Assembly: GCF_004010195.1 (NCBI RefSeq)
Contig: NC_057756.1
Coordinates: forward strand, 7,864,945-7,928,944
Reading direction: 5' to 3'
DNA: 64,000 nucleotides
Origin: Chiloscyllium plagiosum
Taxonomy: Eukaryota
In this document: positions 13,199 to 26,949 of the stretch, piece after piece
Layout of the letters: the number at the start of each line of letters is the position of its first letter
Position numbering within the stretch: position 1 is the first letter of the stretch
Position numbers and translations under genes: made by a program
The notes under the pieces: model-generated
The model's database searches: none
The model's input: only the letters and a program-made list of their open reading frames with translations
Told to the model about the DNA's origin: nothing

Positions 13199-13564
13199 CA
13201 GAAATGTGAAGCCAGGTTGCAAGGAAGTAACTGTAGCTATTCAGTAGCTAAAGTCATTCCAGGTGTTAAATTCTCCTCTGAAATAACAATTGTCTCACAT
13301 CTCCCTATCTGATGTTGTTGATAATCAGGGAACAGTCTCCATCTTTCAGGTCTACATAGAGCCGAGTCTGATAGTGGAACCATGCCAAACTCACCATTGT
13401 GATTCTTGTAGTGAAGGCCTGTTGACAATATTCCCCATTTCACATTGTTAACCAGATTCTGACTCCCAGTTAGAAGGGTAACTATAAAGATACGGAATCT
13501 GTGCACAGGAACCTTCCTGTGTTGTCACCTTGTGTGGAGTGCTGACTTTCCAATATTGTGTCAG
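13199..13564 (-). pseudogene. Siglec-like V-set exon, copy 2 (pseudogene)
   Basis: Translates in pieces as LTQYWKVSTPHKVTTQEGSCAQIP...WFHYQTRLYVDLKDGDCSLIINNIR*...YFRGEF...YFLATWLHIS. It has a 5-nt deletion after the acceptor, several frameshifts, TAG at 13305-13307 and a GC donor. Confidence 0.85.
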
Positions 13565-13924
13565 CTGGGGTGAGAACTGTCAGTATTTACCAGAAAATGA
13601 ATTTAATTCCTCTTTGCCACCAAGACCATTCTGATGCCATTAGCACCGTCAGGAGACAAAAGAGTGAATACAACATGAACACAGGATAGACGATCAAGCA
13701 TATTAAGAGTATATTCATAGTAGCAGTAATGGTAGAGCAAGCCAGCAGGGTTGATGCTTCTTCCTTGGAATCAACAGATGAGCAATCATGATCCTCACTG
13801 GAATCTCTTTGGATCCCCATTGTCTCAGCAATCTTTTTGCATCCTGAATGTCTGAGGAATCTCTTTGGATTATCATTGTCCAAGGGATTATTTCAAAACA
13901 AACCCAATGCTGATGCAACATTGT

Positions 13925-15420
13925 CAAACTGGAAAATCGTTAATGTAACACCTCCCCCCCCCCTCCCCCCAATTAAAGGACTGGAAGATCATCAATGTAA
14001 TACCCCTGTTTAAGAAGAGAGTAAGGCAAAAGATTGTAAATAATAAGCTGATTAGCCTGACCTCAGTCATTGGTAAGATTTTGGAGTCCATTGCGAAGGA
14101 TGAGATTTCTAAACACTGGGAAGTGCATGGTAAAATAGGGCAAAGTCATGGTTTCATCAAGGGGAGGTCATGCCTGACAAATCTGTAAGCATTCTTTGGG
14201 GAGGTAATGAGAAGGTTAGACAAAGGAGAGACAACGGATGTTATCTATCTGGACTTCCAGAAGGCCTTTGATAAGGTGCGGCACAGGAAGCTGCTGAGTA
14301 AGAAAAGGGCCCGTAGTGTAACAGGCAAGGTACTAGCACAGACAGAAGATTCGCTGTCTGACAGAAGGGATAGAGTGGGGATAAAAGGGCCCTTTCAGGA
14401 TGAAAGCTGGTGATAAGTGGTGTTCCGATAGGCTCAGCATTGAGACCACCACATTTCTCTTTACGCGTTATTGATGTGGATGGAGGAACTGAGGGCATTC
14501 TGGCCAAGTTTGCAGATAGTGCAAAGATAGGTGGAGGGGCATGTAGTAATGAGAAGGTGAGAAGGCTACAGCAAGATTTAGACAGGTCAGGAGAGTGGGC
14601 AAAGAAGTGGCAGATGAAATACACGTGGGAAAGTGTGAGGTCTTGCACTTGGGTAGGAAGAATACAGGCATGGACTATTTTCTAAATAGGGAGAAAATTC
14701 ATAAATCTGAAGTGCAAAGGGACTTGGGAATCCTAGTCCAGATTTCTCTTAAGGTAAACTTGCATGTTGAGTCAGTATTTAGGAAGGCAAATATCATTCA
14801 TCTCAAAAGGACCAGAATACAAAATCAGGGATATACTTCTGAGGCATTATAAGGCTCTGGCCAGACTGCATTCAGAGAATTGGGAGCAAGTTTGGGCTCC
14901 ATACCTCAGGAAGGATGTATTGGCCCTGGAGCGGGTTCAGATGGATTCCACAAAAATGATCCCACGAATGAAAAGCTTAACACATGAGGAACATTTGTGG
15001 ATTCTGGGACTATATTCAATGAAGTTTAGAAGGATAAGGGAGGATCTGGTTGAAACTTACAGAATGCTGAATGGCCTGAACAGAGTGGACATTGGGAAGA
15101 TATTTCCATTGGAAGGAGAGACTAGGACCTGAGGACATAGTCTTAGAGGAAGGGGAAGACACTTTCGAATGGAGATTAGGAGAAACTTCCTTAGCCAGAG
15201 AGTGAGGAATTGTGGAATTCACTGCCACAAGAGGCTGTGGAGTTCAGGTCATTGAGTATACTTAAAACAGAGATAGATAAGTTCTTGATTGCCAACGGGA
15301 TCTAAGCTTACAGGGAGAAAGTGGGAATGTCGGGTTGAAAAACCTATCAGTCATGATCGACTGGCTGGGCAGACATGATGGCCAAATGGCCTACTTTCTG
15401 CTCCTATGTCTTATGGTCTT
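13925..15420 (+). mobile_element. CR1 LINE 3' part
   Basis: DVIYLDFQKAFDKV, AKFADSAKIGG, WAPYLRKDVLALERVQ. Confidence 0.9.
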
Positions 15421-17707
15421 AGCGAACTATTTCTCAATGCTACCTGGGCCAGCATTTAGTGCCCACCCTTAGCTGCCACTTGGACTGACTGACTTGGTAA
15501 GGCCAGTCAGAGGGCAGTTAAGTGTGCCCTCTGACTGGCCTTAGCAACATCTTTGCATGTGGGCCTGGAGCCACATGTCGGCCCGACTAAGTGAGGTTGG
15601 CAGATGTTCATCCCGAAAGGATATGAGTGAACTAGATGGGTTTTCATGTCAATCAACAATGGTTACATGATTGCCATTTGGCTCGCTTTTAATTCCAAAT
15701 TTTCATTGATTCAGATTTCACTATCTCCCATGCTGAGATTCAAATCCATGTTCCCAGAACATTAAAATAATCACTGGATTTTCTAGTCTAGTGACAATAC
15801 CCCTAGGAGGTGGTGGCACAGTGGTATTGTCAATGGGACTAGTGACCTCGAGTGTCTGATATCCGAAAGCTCTGTACTGACTCTATCTCAGCAGGCACTA
15901 TGAAACGCACAGGCACAGGACCTCTAGCCTGAGCTCTGCATGTGTCAGATAAGCCTCTGCGTTAAGTTATTAATATTCACAGATGGTCTCAAGATTTTTG
16001 GTTAAAGTGTGAAGCAAACCACACTCTAAAATCTCATGAGGAACACATCCTTGCTCCTCTGCAATCTTTCTAATTTCAACAGAAGAGACGAAGAGTTAAT
16101 GATAAGAAAATCAAATTTTAGAATATTATAGAGCCAGAGGAGGCCATTCTATCTATTGTCTCTGCGTTGGCTCTTTGAAAGGCTTCTCCTGTTAGTCCCA
16201 TCTCTATATCCCTTTCCCATAGCCCTGAAAATGCTTCCTGTTCAAATATATCTCCAATTTGCAGTTGAGAAAATGGTGAATATAGTTGACAGGATCCTGG
16301 ACTTTATAAACACAGCATAAAGTACAAGAGCAAGAAAGTAATTGTGACCTTGATAAACACTGGTTCAGCCTCATCTGGAATATTGTTCAGCGCACTGCAT
16401 TTTAGCAAAGATGTGAAGGCTTTAGAGAGGGTGTGGAAAAGATACATGAGAATTCATGCAGAGATGAGGGGCTTGACTCAATGTGGAGAGCTTGGATAAG
16501 CTGCGATTGTTCTCACTGGAGAAGGGAAGGTGGAGGGGAGATTGAATTGAGTTCAAAATCACCGGAACTTTCCATTGAATCAATAAGGGAGATACAATTT
16601 CCAGGGGAAGAACTGTCAGTCATCAAAGGGACACAGATTGAAGAGAGTTGGGAAAAGAACCAGGTGGGATGGGGTGGAAAGGAGAAAAATTTGTATTTTG
16701 AAGCAGTGAAGTGTTGTGATCTGGGACCTGCTGCCTGAAAGAGCAATGGAAGCAGATTCCATGTGAACTTCTGAAAGGGGGAGTCAGAGAAATACAAACA
16801 GAGTAGAGGTGTGAGTCTGTTTGGACAGTACAACTAAGGATAATGGGCAAAATGGGCTCCTCTACCTTTTCATTCTTTGATATTATGAGTTTTAGTTTCA
16901 CATCAGATGAGACGCAAACAGGCAAATTCTGAAAGTTTGACACCTTTATTCACCTTTGGCAATGCTTTCTCTTTATCTTTCAGTAATTTCACTTTTTCAG
17001 AGTTGCTAAAATAGTGAGATTGGACAGTAAGTGAGAGAGCTGACTGTTCACTTTCCATTTTGAACACTGCCGAGCTGTCATCATACAAACCTCACACTGA
17101 ACAGAATTCAACTTCTCGAATTCAAACCTAATGTTCATGCTCAAGTTTCAGGGAAAGGAGTTACAGAGCTTTGGGTCCCAATAGCTGAAAGCACATCATT
17201 CGTGGGGCACAGTGGGAATTGGGGAATCAGCAAGAGGCTGGAAATGGCAGACCACAGAGATTTCAGGGAGTTGAACAGCGTCACAACGATCAGGAGTGGA
17301 TGGGGGGAGTGGAGAGCCTGGAGAAAGTTCGAGATAGTGAGGGGTGTAGGGGCCGGTGGAGATCACAAAGACCTGGCAGGTTGAAGAGGCTGAAGGAGGT
17401 TACAGCAATAGGGAGAGTTGAAGGGGCTAGAGGAGGGTCCAGAGATATGGAGGAGTGTAGGTGCTAGAGGAGATTACAGAGATCAGGAAGATTGTAGGGG
17501 TTGAAAGAGGTTACAAAATAAGGAAACGTAGGGGCTGGAGGATGTCACAGAGATAGAAAGGGATTTCAAGGCTGGAGGTGATTATAGAGATGCGTTGAAG
17601 CTGGAGGAGGTTAGAGAGAATAATGATGGTGCAGGAGCTGGAAGAGAATATAGCATTGGGGTTAGAGTTGGAAGATCCGGGAGATTATAATTCAGGGAGC
17701 TGAATTA

Positions 17708-17767
17708 TAATAAGATGTCCTGCTCACTGGCCACTGCCAGATTTCATCAGCTTCTCCCCTTTAAGCT
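17708..17767 (-). pseudogene. Degenerate leader exon, copy 2
   Basis: tttcag|AGCTTAAAGGGGAGAAGCTGATGAAATC... is homologous to 4354-4435. The leader ATG is lost and the 3' half is replaced. Confidence 0.6.
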
Positions 17768-18799
17768 CTGAAAGAGAAAGGAGTTGGTATTGAGTTCTCT
17801 TGTCTAATAGAACTCAGTAGGTCACAGAAACCTTTACACAATGTTCTCATAGGCTACCTTAATTCCTCCGAGATGATAGGCACTCCAAAGACTGTTGCAA
17901 GCAATGATAAAATGAAACCTCTGAGAAAATTGTACTTTTACAGGGCTTTTCACTGCCACAGTGCAATCAGAAGCTTAAATTAAAAACAAATTTTGTCAAT
18001 GCTGTAAATTATAAATCAAATCAAAAAGTGCTGGAGAAACCCAACAGGTCTGGAGAGAAAAAAAAAATTAACAGTCTGAGTACAATATCATTTCCTTAGA
18101 ACTGAAAGAGAATAAAAAAATTGTGCTTTTCATGCTGTTGACAGAGGGGAAAGAATGATGAATGGAAGAGATGGTGAAGGTACCCAGAGCAAAAGACAGA
18201 GGCTGTGCTAATGGTGGTAAAGGAAGGATTGAGATATAAAATGGTTACAAGTGAGAGGAGAAAATGGGTCCTCCCCACTTGGACACATGTTGGTGATGGG
18301 GGAGGGTGGTTTGATTAATATGTACGACAGAGAGCAAGCTCTCATGTTACTGAGCACAAAGTTGAACCCCATGCTCAAGGAAGCAGAATGCACACTAGAG
18401 GAACAACACCTCATTTTCCACTGAGCTCTTTGCAGCTTTCTGCACTGAGTTCAACAACTTCAGTCCACCATTTGGATTACACAGCTCGCAGGTTTTGTTT
18501 GTGCTTTATTGGTTTTCCTCCCAGCACCGCAGACCAATTCTCTCCTATTCACACCCATCATTAACACCTGGTTTACATTTCAATCCCTCTTTCCCCATCG
18601 TTAACAATCCCTTGGTTTTCCCCTCCAGGCACTATCACCATCTGTCCCACTTGGTCGTCCTCTCCCTCTGTCAACAACAGAATAACTATCATTTATCAAC
18701 CCCTTTTACTTCAGAAGAACATTCAGATTGGACTCAAAAGATAACTCCATTTCTCTTTGTCTATAGATGCTGCCAGACCAGCTGGGTTTCTCCAGTATT

Positions 18800-19148
18800 G
18801 TTGTGGTTCTGTTCGCCGAGCTGGGAATTTGTGTTGCAGATGTTTCGTCCCCTGTCTAGGTGACATCCTCAGTGCTTGGGAGCCTCCTGCGAAGCGCTTC
18901 TGTGATCTTTCCTCCAGCATTTATAGTGATTTGTACCTACCGTTTCCGGTTGTCAGTTCCAGCTGTCCGCTGCAGTGGTCGGTATATTGGGTCCAGGTTG
19001 ATGTGCTTATTGATTGAATCTGTGGATGAGTGCCATGCCTCTGAGGATGTCACCTAGACAGGGGACGAAACGCCTAGAACACAAATTCCCAGCTCGGCGA
19101 ACAGAACCACAACAACGAGCACCCGAGCTACAAATCTTCTCCCAAACC
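18800..19148. mobile_element. Short Penelope-like insertion of a second family, with inverted hammerhead-bearing arms
   Basis: TSD ttctccagtatt at 18788-18799 and 19149-19160; arms about 18798-18872 and 19041-19116 with CTGAGGA...GAAAC. Confidence 0.7.
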
Positions 19149-19384
19149 TTCTCCAGTATTTCCTGTTTTCAGTCCAAAGCTTCGTGTCTCTGCACTTCCT
19201 TCATTCTATATCGAGAAAGATGATCTGCCTTTAGTCCAGAGGTCAGTGTGAAGTAGAAACATTTCAAATACATCAGTGATTGGAATCAGTCTTTGTACAG
19301 TCACAACATCAACAAAGGGTGATGTTGGTCATGGCACTGATTATAGAGATGCGTTGGAGCAACGACTGTTGTTCGACTGCTCAC

Positions 19385-19499
19385 CTGGAGATTAACTGGC
19401 AACACGCTCTGCTTGGACTGAATGAATTCATCCTGTGCTGTTCACTCTGTATATTAATTCAAAAGGATTGACGTATTACTGTGTGTGGCTTCAGGAAGT
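19385..19499 (-). promoter_or_regulatory. Copy 2 putative promoter and non-coding exon 1
   Basis: CTCCAG|GTGAGC donor at 19385, TATA-like AATATA near 19450, ETS CAGGAAGT at 19492-19499. Homologous to the copy 1 and copy 3 regions. Confidence 0.45.
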
Positions 19500-19599
19500 A
19501 GGTACAGAGTGTCAAAGTGGCTGAATACACAGCCTTACAATAAACAAACTGTGAATGCTGTGCATGACCCTGGCAATTTTACTCTGCAGACCTGGGCAG

Positions 19600-20230
19600 C
19601 TATTGACATAGTTCAAAGTGGCTGAATGATCTCTTCCTATTCCAGTGCAACACTGTTTTTGGGCTGAAAGGTCTCCTCCCATTCCAGTGTAATAGGGTCA
19701 ATGGGCTGAATAGCCTCCTTCCGTTTCAGTGTGACAGGATGAATGGCGTCTACCTGTTCTGAAATAACAGGCTCCTGGGGCTGAATGGCTTCCTCCTGTT
19801 CCTGCAAACACACTCAAGGAGGGGACTGAAGGGCTGAAGGGCATTTCTGATGAAGGGCTTTTGCCTGAAACATCGATTTTCCTGCTCCTCGGATGCTGCC
19901 TGACCTGCTGTGCTTTTCCAGCACCACTCTGATCTAAACTCTGGTTTTCAGCATCTGCAGTCCTCACTTTTGCTGGGTCTCCTCCTATTCCAATGCAACA
20001 GTTTGATGGACTGAATGGTCTCCTCCTATTCCAGTGTAACAGGGTTAATGGGCTGAAAGGTCTCCTCCCATTCCAGTGTAACAGTGTTGATGGACTGAAT
20101 GGTCTCCTCCCGTTGACAGGATGAATCATGTCCATCTGTTCCGAAAAAACAAGCTCCTGGGGCTGAATGGCTTCCTCCTGTTCCTGCAAACACGCTCAAG
20201 GTGGGGACTGAATGGGCCTCTTCCTGTTCC
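19600..20230. repeat. Degenerate ~42-bp tandem repeat (gggctgaatggtctcctcctattcc...), also at 9550-9770
   Basis: Repeated unit visible directly; resembles a multimerised LINE 3' end. Confidence 0.75.
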
Positions 20231-20699
20231 TGTGAGCCATGGCAATGACTGTCTAGTCTACACAGAAATAACATCAAAGATCTTTCCAACAGTTTACAGT
20301 TTGCATGCAGTGACAGCTATGGCGCTGTTTTCTCACAATTTCCTCATTTCCTGATTTGAATCATCTTGACATTTAGTTATCAAACACACACAGGGGCTGC
20401 AGCACAGGAAGAGGCCATTCCACTCAGGCAGAGCATATGGGCAGTTATTCCCCATGCAAGTAATAGGACAGCTCAAGGGTAAGTAATGGAGTGACAGGAA
20501 CTCACATCCATGAGCAACATCATGTTTCATAGATACATAGAATCCCGACATAGTGGAAGCAGACTATTTGGCCCATTGGGTCCACATTGACCTTACAAAG
20601 ACCAGCACACCCAGAATCACCCTCTGACGCTATCCATGTAACCCTGCATTTCCCATGGTAAATCCACCCAGCCTGCACATCAATGGACACAATGAGCAT

Positions 20700-20810
20700 A
20701 CGACACCCCTACAGTCTCCTCGTGTCCTCATACCACACCCCTACAGTCTCCTCGTGTCCCCATACCACACTCCTACAGTCTCCTCGTATCCTCATACCAC
20801 ACCCCTACAA
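20700..20810. repeat. ~33-bp minisatellite (cacccctacagtctcctcgtgtcctcatac)
   Basis: Three or more units visible. Confidence 0.85.
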
Positions 20811-21761
20811 GTTAGAGTCTGGGCTACTTTCCTGAAATGTTTTGAGGGGGTCTGACTTGGTCCATAACAGTGCCAACTTCTCCTTTTGATTTTCTTCCCC
20901 ATTTAAATACTTTTGAGCATATTTACATGACACATTCTGTGGCATTTCTATCAAATAATTTACATCGATCAATTTCCTTTCATATTGATAAGGCCTACTA
21001 AACGTTGCTTTTAAAAGTCCACCTCCCACTGGTACCAATACTGACATTTGATCTGTTCTTGCAATACTACAACTTTTTGAATTCTGGTCTACTTCCTGTT
21101 TCATTTCATGCTGTGCTCCTTTCAAATGCTGTCTCGCCATCTCATCCACTTTTCCTAGTCTTTCCCTAAAATTTGACACATAGTCTAAATGTGTTCTCTC
21201 TAAACTCTGATTTGCCAATTTTTCTTTAATTTATTTCAGAGGTCCTCTCATCTCATGTCAAAAAAACTACTGAGTTTAATTGATTCAACCAGTGCATCCT
21301 TAATTAGAAAATGTAAGATGGAATTTGTTTACCCCAATTCTATGGATAGTCATGATTATAAGCTCTCGACATGATCTTTAAAGTTTGATACCCCAGTTCT
21401 AATACCCCTTGTGATTCTGGATGGTATCCATAACTTTTTTGAATAACTTTGATGTAAAATGTGACCCCTAAATCAGATTGTCTGTCTGTGGTTAGTCCAC
21501 ATCTAGTAATAAATTGAACAACTCTTCCACACTCCTTTCAGTCATAATGTTGCATCATGAAATGGCCTCTGGAAATCTCGTAGACACATCTATTACAGTC
21601 AACAAATACTGGTTCCCACTTCTTTGTTTTAGGGAGTGGTCTTACGCAATCAGTTATATCTCTTATAAACAGGTTCCACAAATGCTGGATTAGGTATTAA
21701 CAGTGCTGGTTTTAATCACTGCCTGACGTTTTTCTATAAGCTCACATGTGTGAGCTTATTC

Positions 21762-21797
21762 ATTCCTGAAGAAGGGCTTATGCCCGAAACGTCGATT
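21762..21797 (+). ncRNA. Minimal hammerhead motif in a 136-bp Penelope-like tail insertion (TSD cacatgtgtga 21743-21753 / 21890-21900)
   Basis: attc CTGAAGA a GGGC ttat GCCC GAAACGTC gatt. Confidence 0.75.
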
Positions 21798-23181
21798 CTC
21801 CTGTTCCCTGGATGCTGCCTGACCTGCTGCGCTTTTCCAGCAACACATTTCCAGCTCTGATCTCCAGCATCTGCAGACCTCACTTTCTCCACATGTGTGA
21901 CATGTCTGGCAAAACTCAAGCACATCTTTATGCAGTCTAGGCCAATAAAAATGTTTTTTTTGTATTTTGGCTTGAGTTTTCCTTACTCCCAAAGGACCAC
22001 CTGCTAGAAAATTCATATGCTACCTGGAACACCTCTTTTCTCTCACTCGCTGGTAACACAATTTAATGAACTCATGTCTGAATGTGTAATAGATTCTATT
22101 TCCTCATAAAGACTTCATTTTAAGGATAGTAAAATTCTGGGATACATTCAAATTCTTCTTCTGTATATGTTTCAGATACTTTTTAAAAAATATTTTGTTG
22201 TAATTCAAGTAACCACTCTGAATTTAAAATATCCACTTTGATTTCCAGCTGTTCTTGGTTGTTCTCAATCATCTGAACACTCATTTTCTGCTCATTGAAC
22301 TCTAACTTCCTCATCTTCATTTTTTGGTTTCTCATCTTGTTTCAATCTGTGGTTTTATGACCTTCCTCCCATGCAGACAAGAAAGATCTCAGGATAGACT
22401 TTCTGTCACACCACAGTGGCTGATTTTACACTGGCCTTTCAACTATAATAGACATGACTCCCACCTGTGATTCAGCTATTTCATTCCTGAGGATACACTG
22501 TATATCTGGAACAGAGAATTTCTCTGTTACTCCTACTTCACCAGACACTCCAACCTCACCTTTTCTGGCAATATCCTTCCCAAGTACAGGCCTTCTCACC
22601 TCTCACCTTTAAAGAATTGACTTGCTCCAGTATCTCTTAAAAATTTAATTTCTTTACCTACTCTTCCTGGTACACGAGTAAACCTTACACAAGTAAATTC
22701 TTTAAAGATAACTCGTACTTTCTTAATAATCAATCCTCGACCAGACTATACATTCTTTTGCAGATCTTTAGCTTCCATTCGCTCTCCTTTCCCACTTTAA
22801 TAATCTCACTGGGTTATCCTGTTTTGCCATTTCCAACTTCCCAGTGTTTTTCTTAAACCACCAACACTGCAACTTCAAGTATCCTACTGCATAACAGTGA
22901 AAACACCTAAGTTTTGTAAAAATTTCTCTTTCACCTTCATGATTTCCTTTACACCCTGTGGCTATCTCTAATACCTTCAATGAGACCTCTTTTTCTGTTG
23001 CTACCTGAGGATTTCTCTTTTCCCCAATTTCTATCCCTCACAGATTGAACTTGATGTTGAAAGCTAAACTTTGAATTATAAAATAACTTATAAGCATCCA
23101 CCATCTTCAGTGCTAATCTTGTAGTTTTAACTCTCTGCTCTTCCTTAAGTTCTCACTGCTTCAGGAGGTAAATAAGAACTC

Positions 23182-23502
23182 CACGGTGGTACAGTGGTTA
23201 GCACTGCTGCCTCACAGCGCCAGAGACCCGGGTTCAATTCCCGACTCAGGCGACTGACTGTGAGGAGTTTGCACGTTCTCCCCTTGTCTGCGTGGGTTTC
23301 CTCCGGGTGCTCCGGTTTCCTCCCACAATCACAAAAATGTGCAGGTCAGGTGAATTGGCCATGCTAAATTGCCCGTAGTGTTAGGTAAAGGGGTAAATGT
23401 AGGGGAATGGGTCTGGGTGGGTTGCACTTCGGCGGGTCCGTGTGGACTTGTTGGGCCGAAGGGCCTGTTTCCACACTGTAAGTAATCTAATCTAATCTAA
23501 TC
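23182..23502 (+). mobile_element. HE1/V-SINE-type tRNA-derived SINE
   Basis: A box (tggtacagtggt), B box (ggttcaattcc), central gtgggtttcctccgggtgctccggtttcctccc domain, (aatct)n tail. Confidence 0.9.
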
Positions 23503-25659
23503 CACCTTGGGACCCTCCAACCATATGGCATCAGCATCGATTTCACAAGTTTCCAAATCTCCCCTCCCCTCACCTCATCCCAGATCCAACCCTCCAACTC
23601 GGCATCACGCTCTTGATGGTCCTATCTATCCATCTTCCTTCTCACCTATCCATATTTCTCTCTCAACCCTCTGCCCCCTCCACATTCCCGAAGAAGGGCT
23701 TATGCCCGAATCGACTCTCCTGCTCCACAGATGCTGCCTGACCTGCTGTGCTTTTTCAACGCCACCCTTTGACTCTGACTCTCCAGCATCTGCAGTTCTC
23801 AATTGTTTCCAAGAGCATCATATATTTGGTCTATTTTCAATGCCCTCATTCACCTGTCAAAGTTACTTTGTTTGATCCTATCAAACTCAATGTACATTTG
23901 ACAAGATTCCCTCTTTAGATTCCTGAAATGCTATCTGTAGGCAAATGTTCACATGCACTCAAGATGGCTTTTTTCACCTCATCACACTCCCTAGATATGT
24001 CTTCTGATAATGCTGCAAATACATCTCTGGATCTACCTACCATTTTTGTTTGAGTCAACAAAGTCCACATGGTCACCGGCCATTTCATTCGTTTAGCCAC
24101 TTCCTCAAATGAACCGAAAAAGGCTTTGATGTCCTTCCCATCAAATCTTGGTAACACTTGTACACATTTAAACAGAGCCCCACCGGGTCTTTGGCCACGA
24201 TGGTTAGCTCTTCATCATTGCCTTCATCACCACTCCTAATTTCTGCCTTTTCTATTTTAACTTGACTTTTCCCTTTTATTGCCAACTTTTGAAGTTCAAA
24301 GACTTTGTCTTCCTCCCTCACTTCCCTCCCTATCACCTGCCAGGACCGTTCTTCGTTTTTCTTTTTCCCATTGCCTCTAATTCAAGCTTCTTCATTTGCA
24401 AATCGAATTTTAGCAATCTCTAATGATTCTGATTACATTCCTGGCAACTGGCAATGCAGAGTTATTGCTGGATTTATCACCACTTTCCTCACAGACGCAA
24501 GCAACTCCAACTTCAGTGTGCTTGCCAATTTCAAAAGCTTTGCCTTGCTCATTTTCTGTACAACATCCCGAGTGACATTTTCCACACCCAGAAAACTCAC
24601 AGCTGCAGAAATAACATTTTTTTTAACAAGAAAGCACACCCTATTTAATCCAACTGACCACAATACCCAAAAAACAACACTCTATACTCACTGTCTTTGA
24701 GTCTAATACAAAAAAAAGTGTCAGTGATGCTCCACATGTAAATAAAAAGACTTTTCCTTTCTTGTAACCATTAACATTTCAGTCTGCCTCATAGTTGCTT
24801 TCGACTTTGATTGACTGGTAGCCATTTGTTGTGAAAACCTGGGGAAAGGAACCACCAGTAAAATGACAATTGTGGTTTTGGGAACAGTGAAAGTGCTGTC
24901 AGTGACCAACCCCTTGCCACTTTCTGCATGAGCTCCATTTTGTTCATCTTAAATTAATGAAATTACAATCTAAATTTTGAACTGAACCCCACCTCAATCT
25001 TTCAACACATAGCACCACTCAGAAGAACACAGTAATACATCAAACAGAGAACAGAACAGCACAGGAACAGGACCTATGGCCCAACTGTCTCTGCTGACCA
25101 CCATGCCATTCTAAACTAATCCTATCTGCCTGCCTCTATTTATTGTCTGTCCATGTGCCTGTCTAAATGCATCTGAAACATTGTCATTATATCTGCTTTT
25201 ATAGCTTCCCTGGCAGTGTGTTCCAGGCACCTACCACCTTATGTGTAATAAAAAACCTGCCTCGGACATCATCTTTAAACTTTCCCCCTCTCACCTTAAA
25301 CATATGATCCCGTAGTCTTTGGCATTTCCACTCTGGGAAAAAGGCACCAACTACCCACTCTATCCATGCCACTCATAATTTTATAAACTTCTATCAGGTC
25401 ACCCCTCAGGCTCTGACACTTTAGTGAAAATAATGCCCGTTTATCTAACCTCTCCTTATACTTAATACTGTAGCTAATGTACAGCATATGGCTTAGGGGT
25501 TAGAGCCCTGGTCCAAATCAGTAGCCATGAGATTAATTCTCACTGGACCTTAATCATGATTGTCTCACTCTTTAACTATCCATTTTTAAATATTCACATT
25601 TTAATATTAAACACATCTGAAACTGACCCTGAAACAACAGACAATTTTTCCATCCATTG

Positions 25660-26000
25660 ATGTCCTTTTTCTCCCATTCACAATCTATCTCTTCTCATTC
25701 CTCTCTTTCTTTCCCTCATGCTATCTCTCCACAATACTCCTTCAACATCTCTCCCTCTCTCTCAGACTCTCTGTCTCCTCTTCTCTCTCTCTCTATCCTG
25801 CTCTTTGACTCTTCCTGTGTGTGTGACTCTCTCTCTCACACACAGTCTCTCTTTAAATGTCTGACTCTGTCTATGCTCCTCTTTCTCTTCTCTGTCCCAT
25901 TCTGTCTGTCTCTATCTCTCTGTTTCTCCCTCCCTCCTTCTCTCTCTGTCTCACTCACTCCCCTACTTCTTTTCCACTCTCTCATATTCCCCATCTCCCA
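25660..26000. repeat. CT-rich low-complexity tract; TG microsatellite also at 28795-28940
   Basis: Base composition. Confidence 0.85.
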
Positions 26001-26949
26001 TTCATAGACATCGATGTAGAAATGTAGAAAGTTGCAGAATCAACAGATTGGTTACTGAGCAGAAAGAGGCTATTCGGCCTATCTCATTGGTGCTTCTGAC
26101 TGAGTGACTTACTTGGTTCCATTCTCCAGCCTTCTTGCCCTAACCCTGTACCTTCCTTCATATCAGCAATGGTCCAATTCCCTTTTGAATCCTTCAATGG
26201 CATGTGTGCCCAGCAGACTGACAGGCAGAGCCTTCCAGACCTTAACCACTCATTGCACGAAAAGGCTTCTTGCCCCGGGTCACTTTTGCTTTGCTTACAA
26301 AATTCCGTTATCAGACTCCTTTGTGTACATTTTATAAAGGGAGGTTCAAGTTTTTTAAACAATCTAATAATATGTTTGTGCCATTTTATAGAATGATAGG
26401 TTCATGATTAGTAATGGGATCAAGGCTTATGGGGAGAAGACGGGAGAATGGGGCTGGGAAACAAATCAGCCAGGATCAAATGGGGGAGCACACCTGATAG
26501 GTTGAATGGTCTAATTCTACACCTGTATCCTATCTTTAAAAAAATGACAGGCAACATCGAGGGCCCAAGGGCCTGTACTGCGCTGTATTCTTCTATGTTC
26601 TATGTTCTATGTTCACACCTGATAGGTTGAATGGTCTAATTCTACACCTGTATCCTATCTTTAAAAAAATGACAGGGCTATGCAATACCCACTTCCCACT
26701 GAACAATAAATTAAGGGAAAAGCCTTGGCAAAAGTAAACAGTAAATAGAGTTTAAATTCAATGTTGTTACAACCCATCAGGTTAATTTACAACTGCTTGA
26801 TTGTTTATGTTATTTTAAAAATACGCCAGATAATTCATTTGTATTATCTTTACTATTAAGGAAAATTTAAACTGCTTCAGTTTAAAAGATTAGTCTAGGT
26901 ATTACTTCTATTTGAAAGTCTAGCAGGAGATTTAATCCATCTCCCACCT

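Larger units (their letters stand above)
20810..24700 (-). mobile_element. Degraded Gypsy-type LTR retroelement internal region (gag with SCAN-like region, zinc knuckle, integrase)
   Basis: LPRFDGKDIKAFFGSFEEVAKRMKWP..., CFHCYAVGYLKLQC, HFYWPRLHKDVLEFCQTCHTC, integrase C-terminus (LKATFSRPY...NYLI). Confidence 0.8.

Noticed and set aside
13587-13883. Hydrophobic ORF just upstream of the copy 2 V exon, resembling a signal peptide
   Set aside because: Not conserved in other copies; the true leader homolog is at 17.7 kb.
19600-20230. Regular repeats resembling a CRISPR array (also 31530-31900)
   Set aside because: Vertebrate DNA, degenerate units without unique spacers, and no cas genes.
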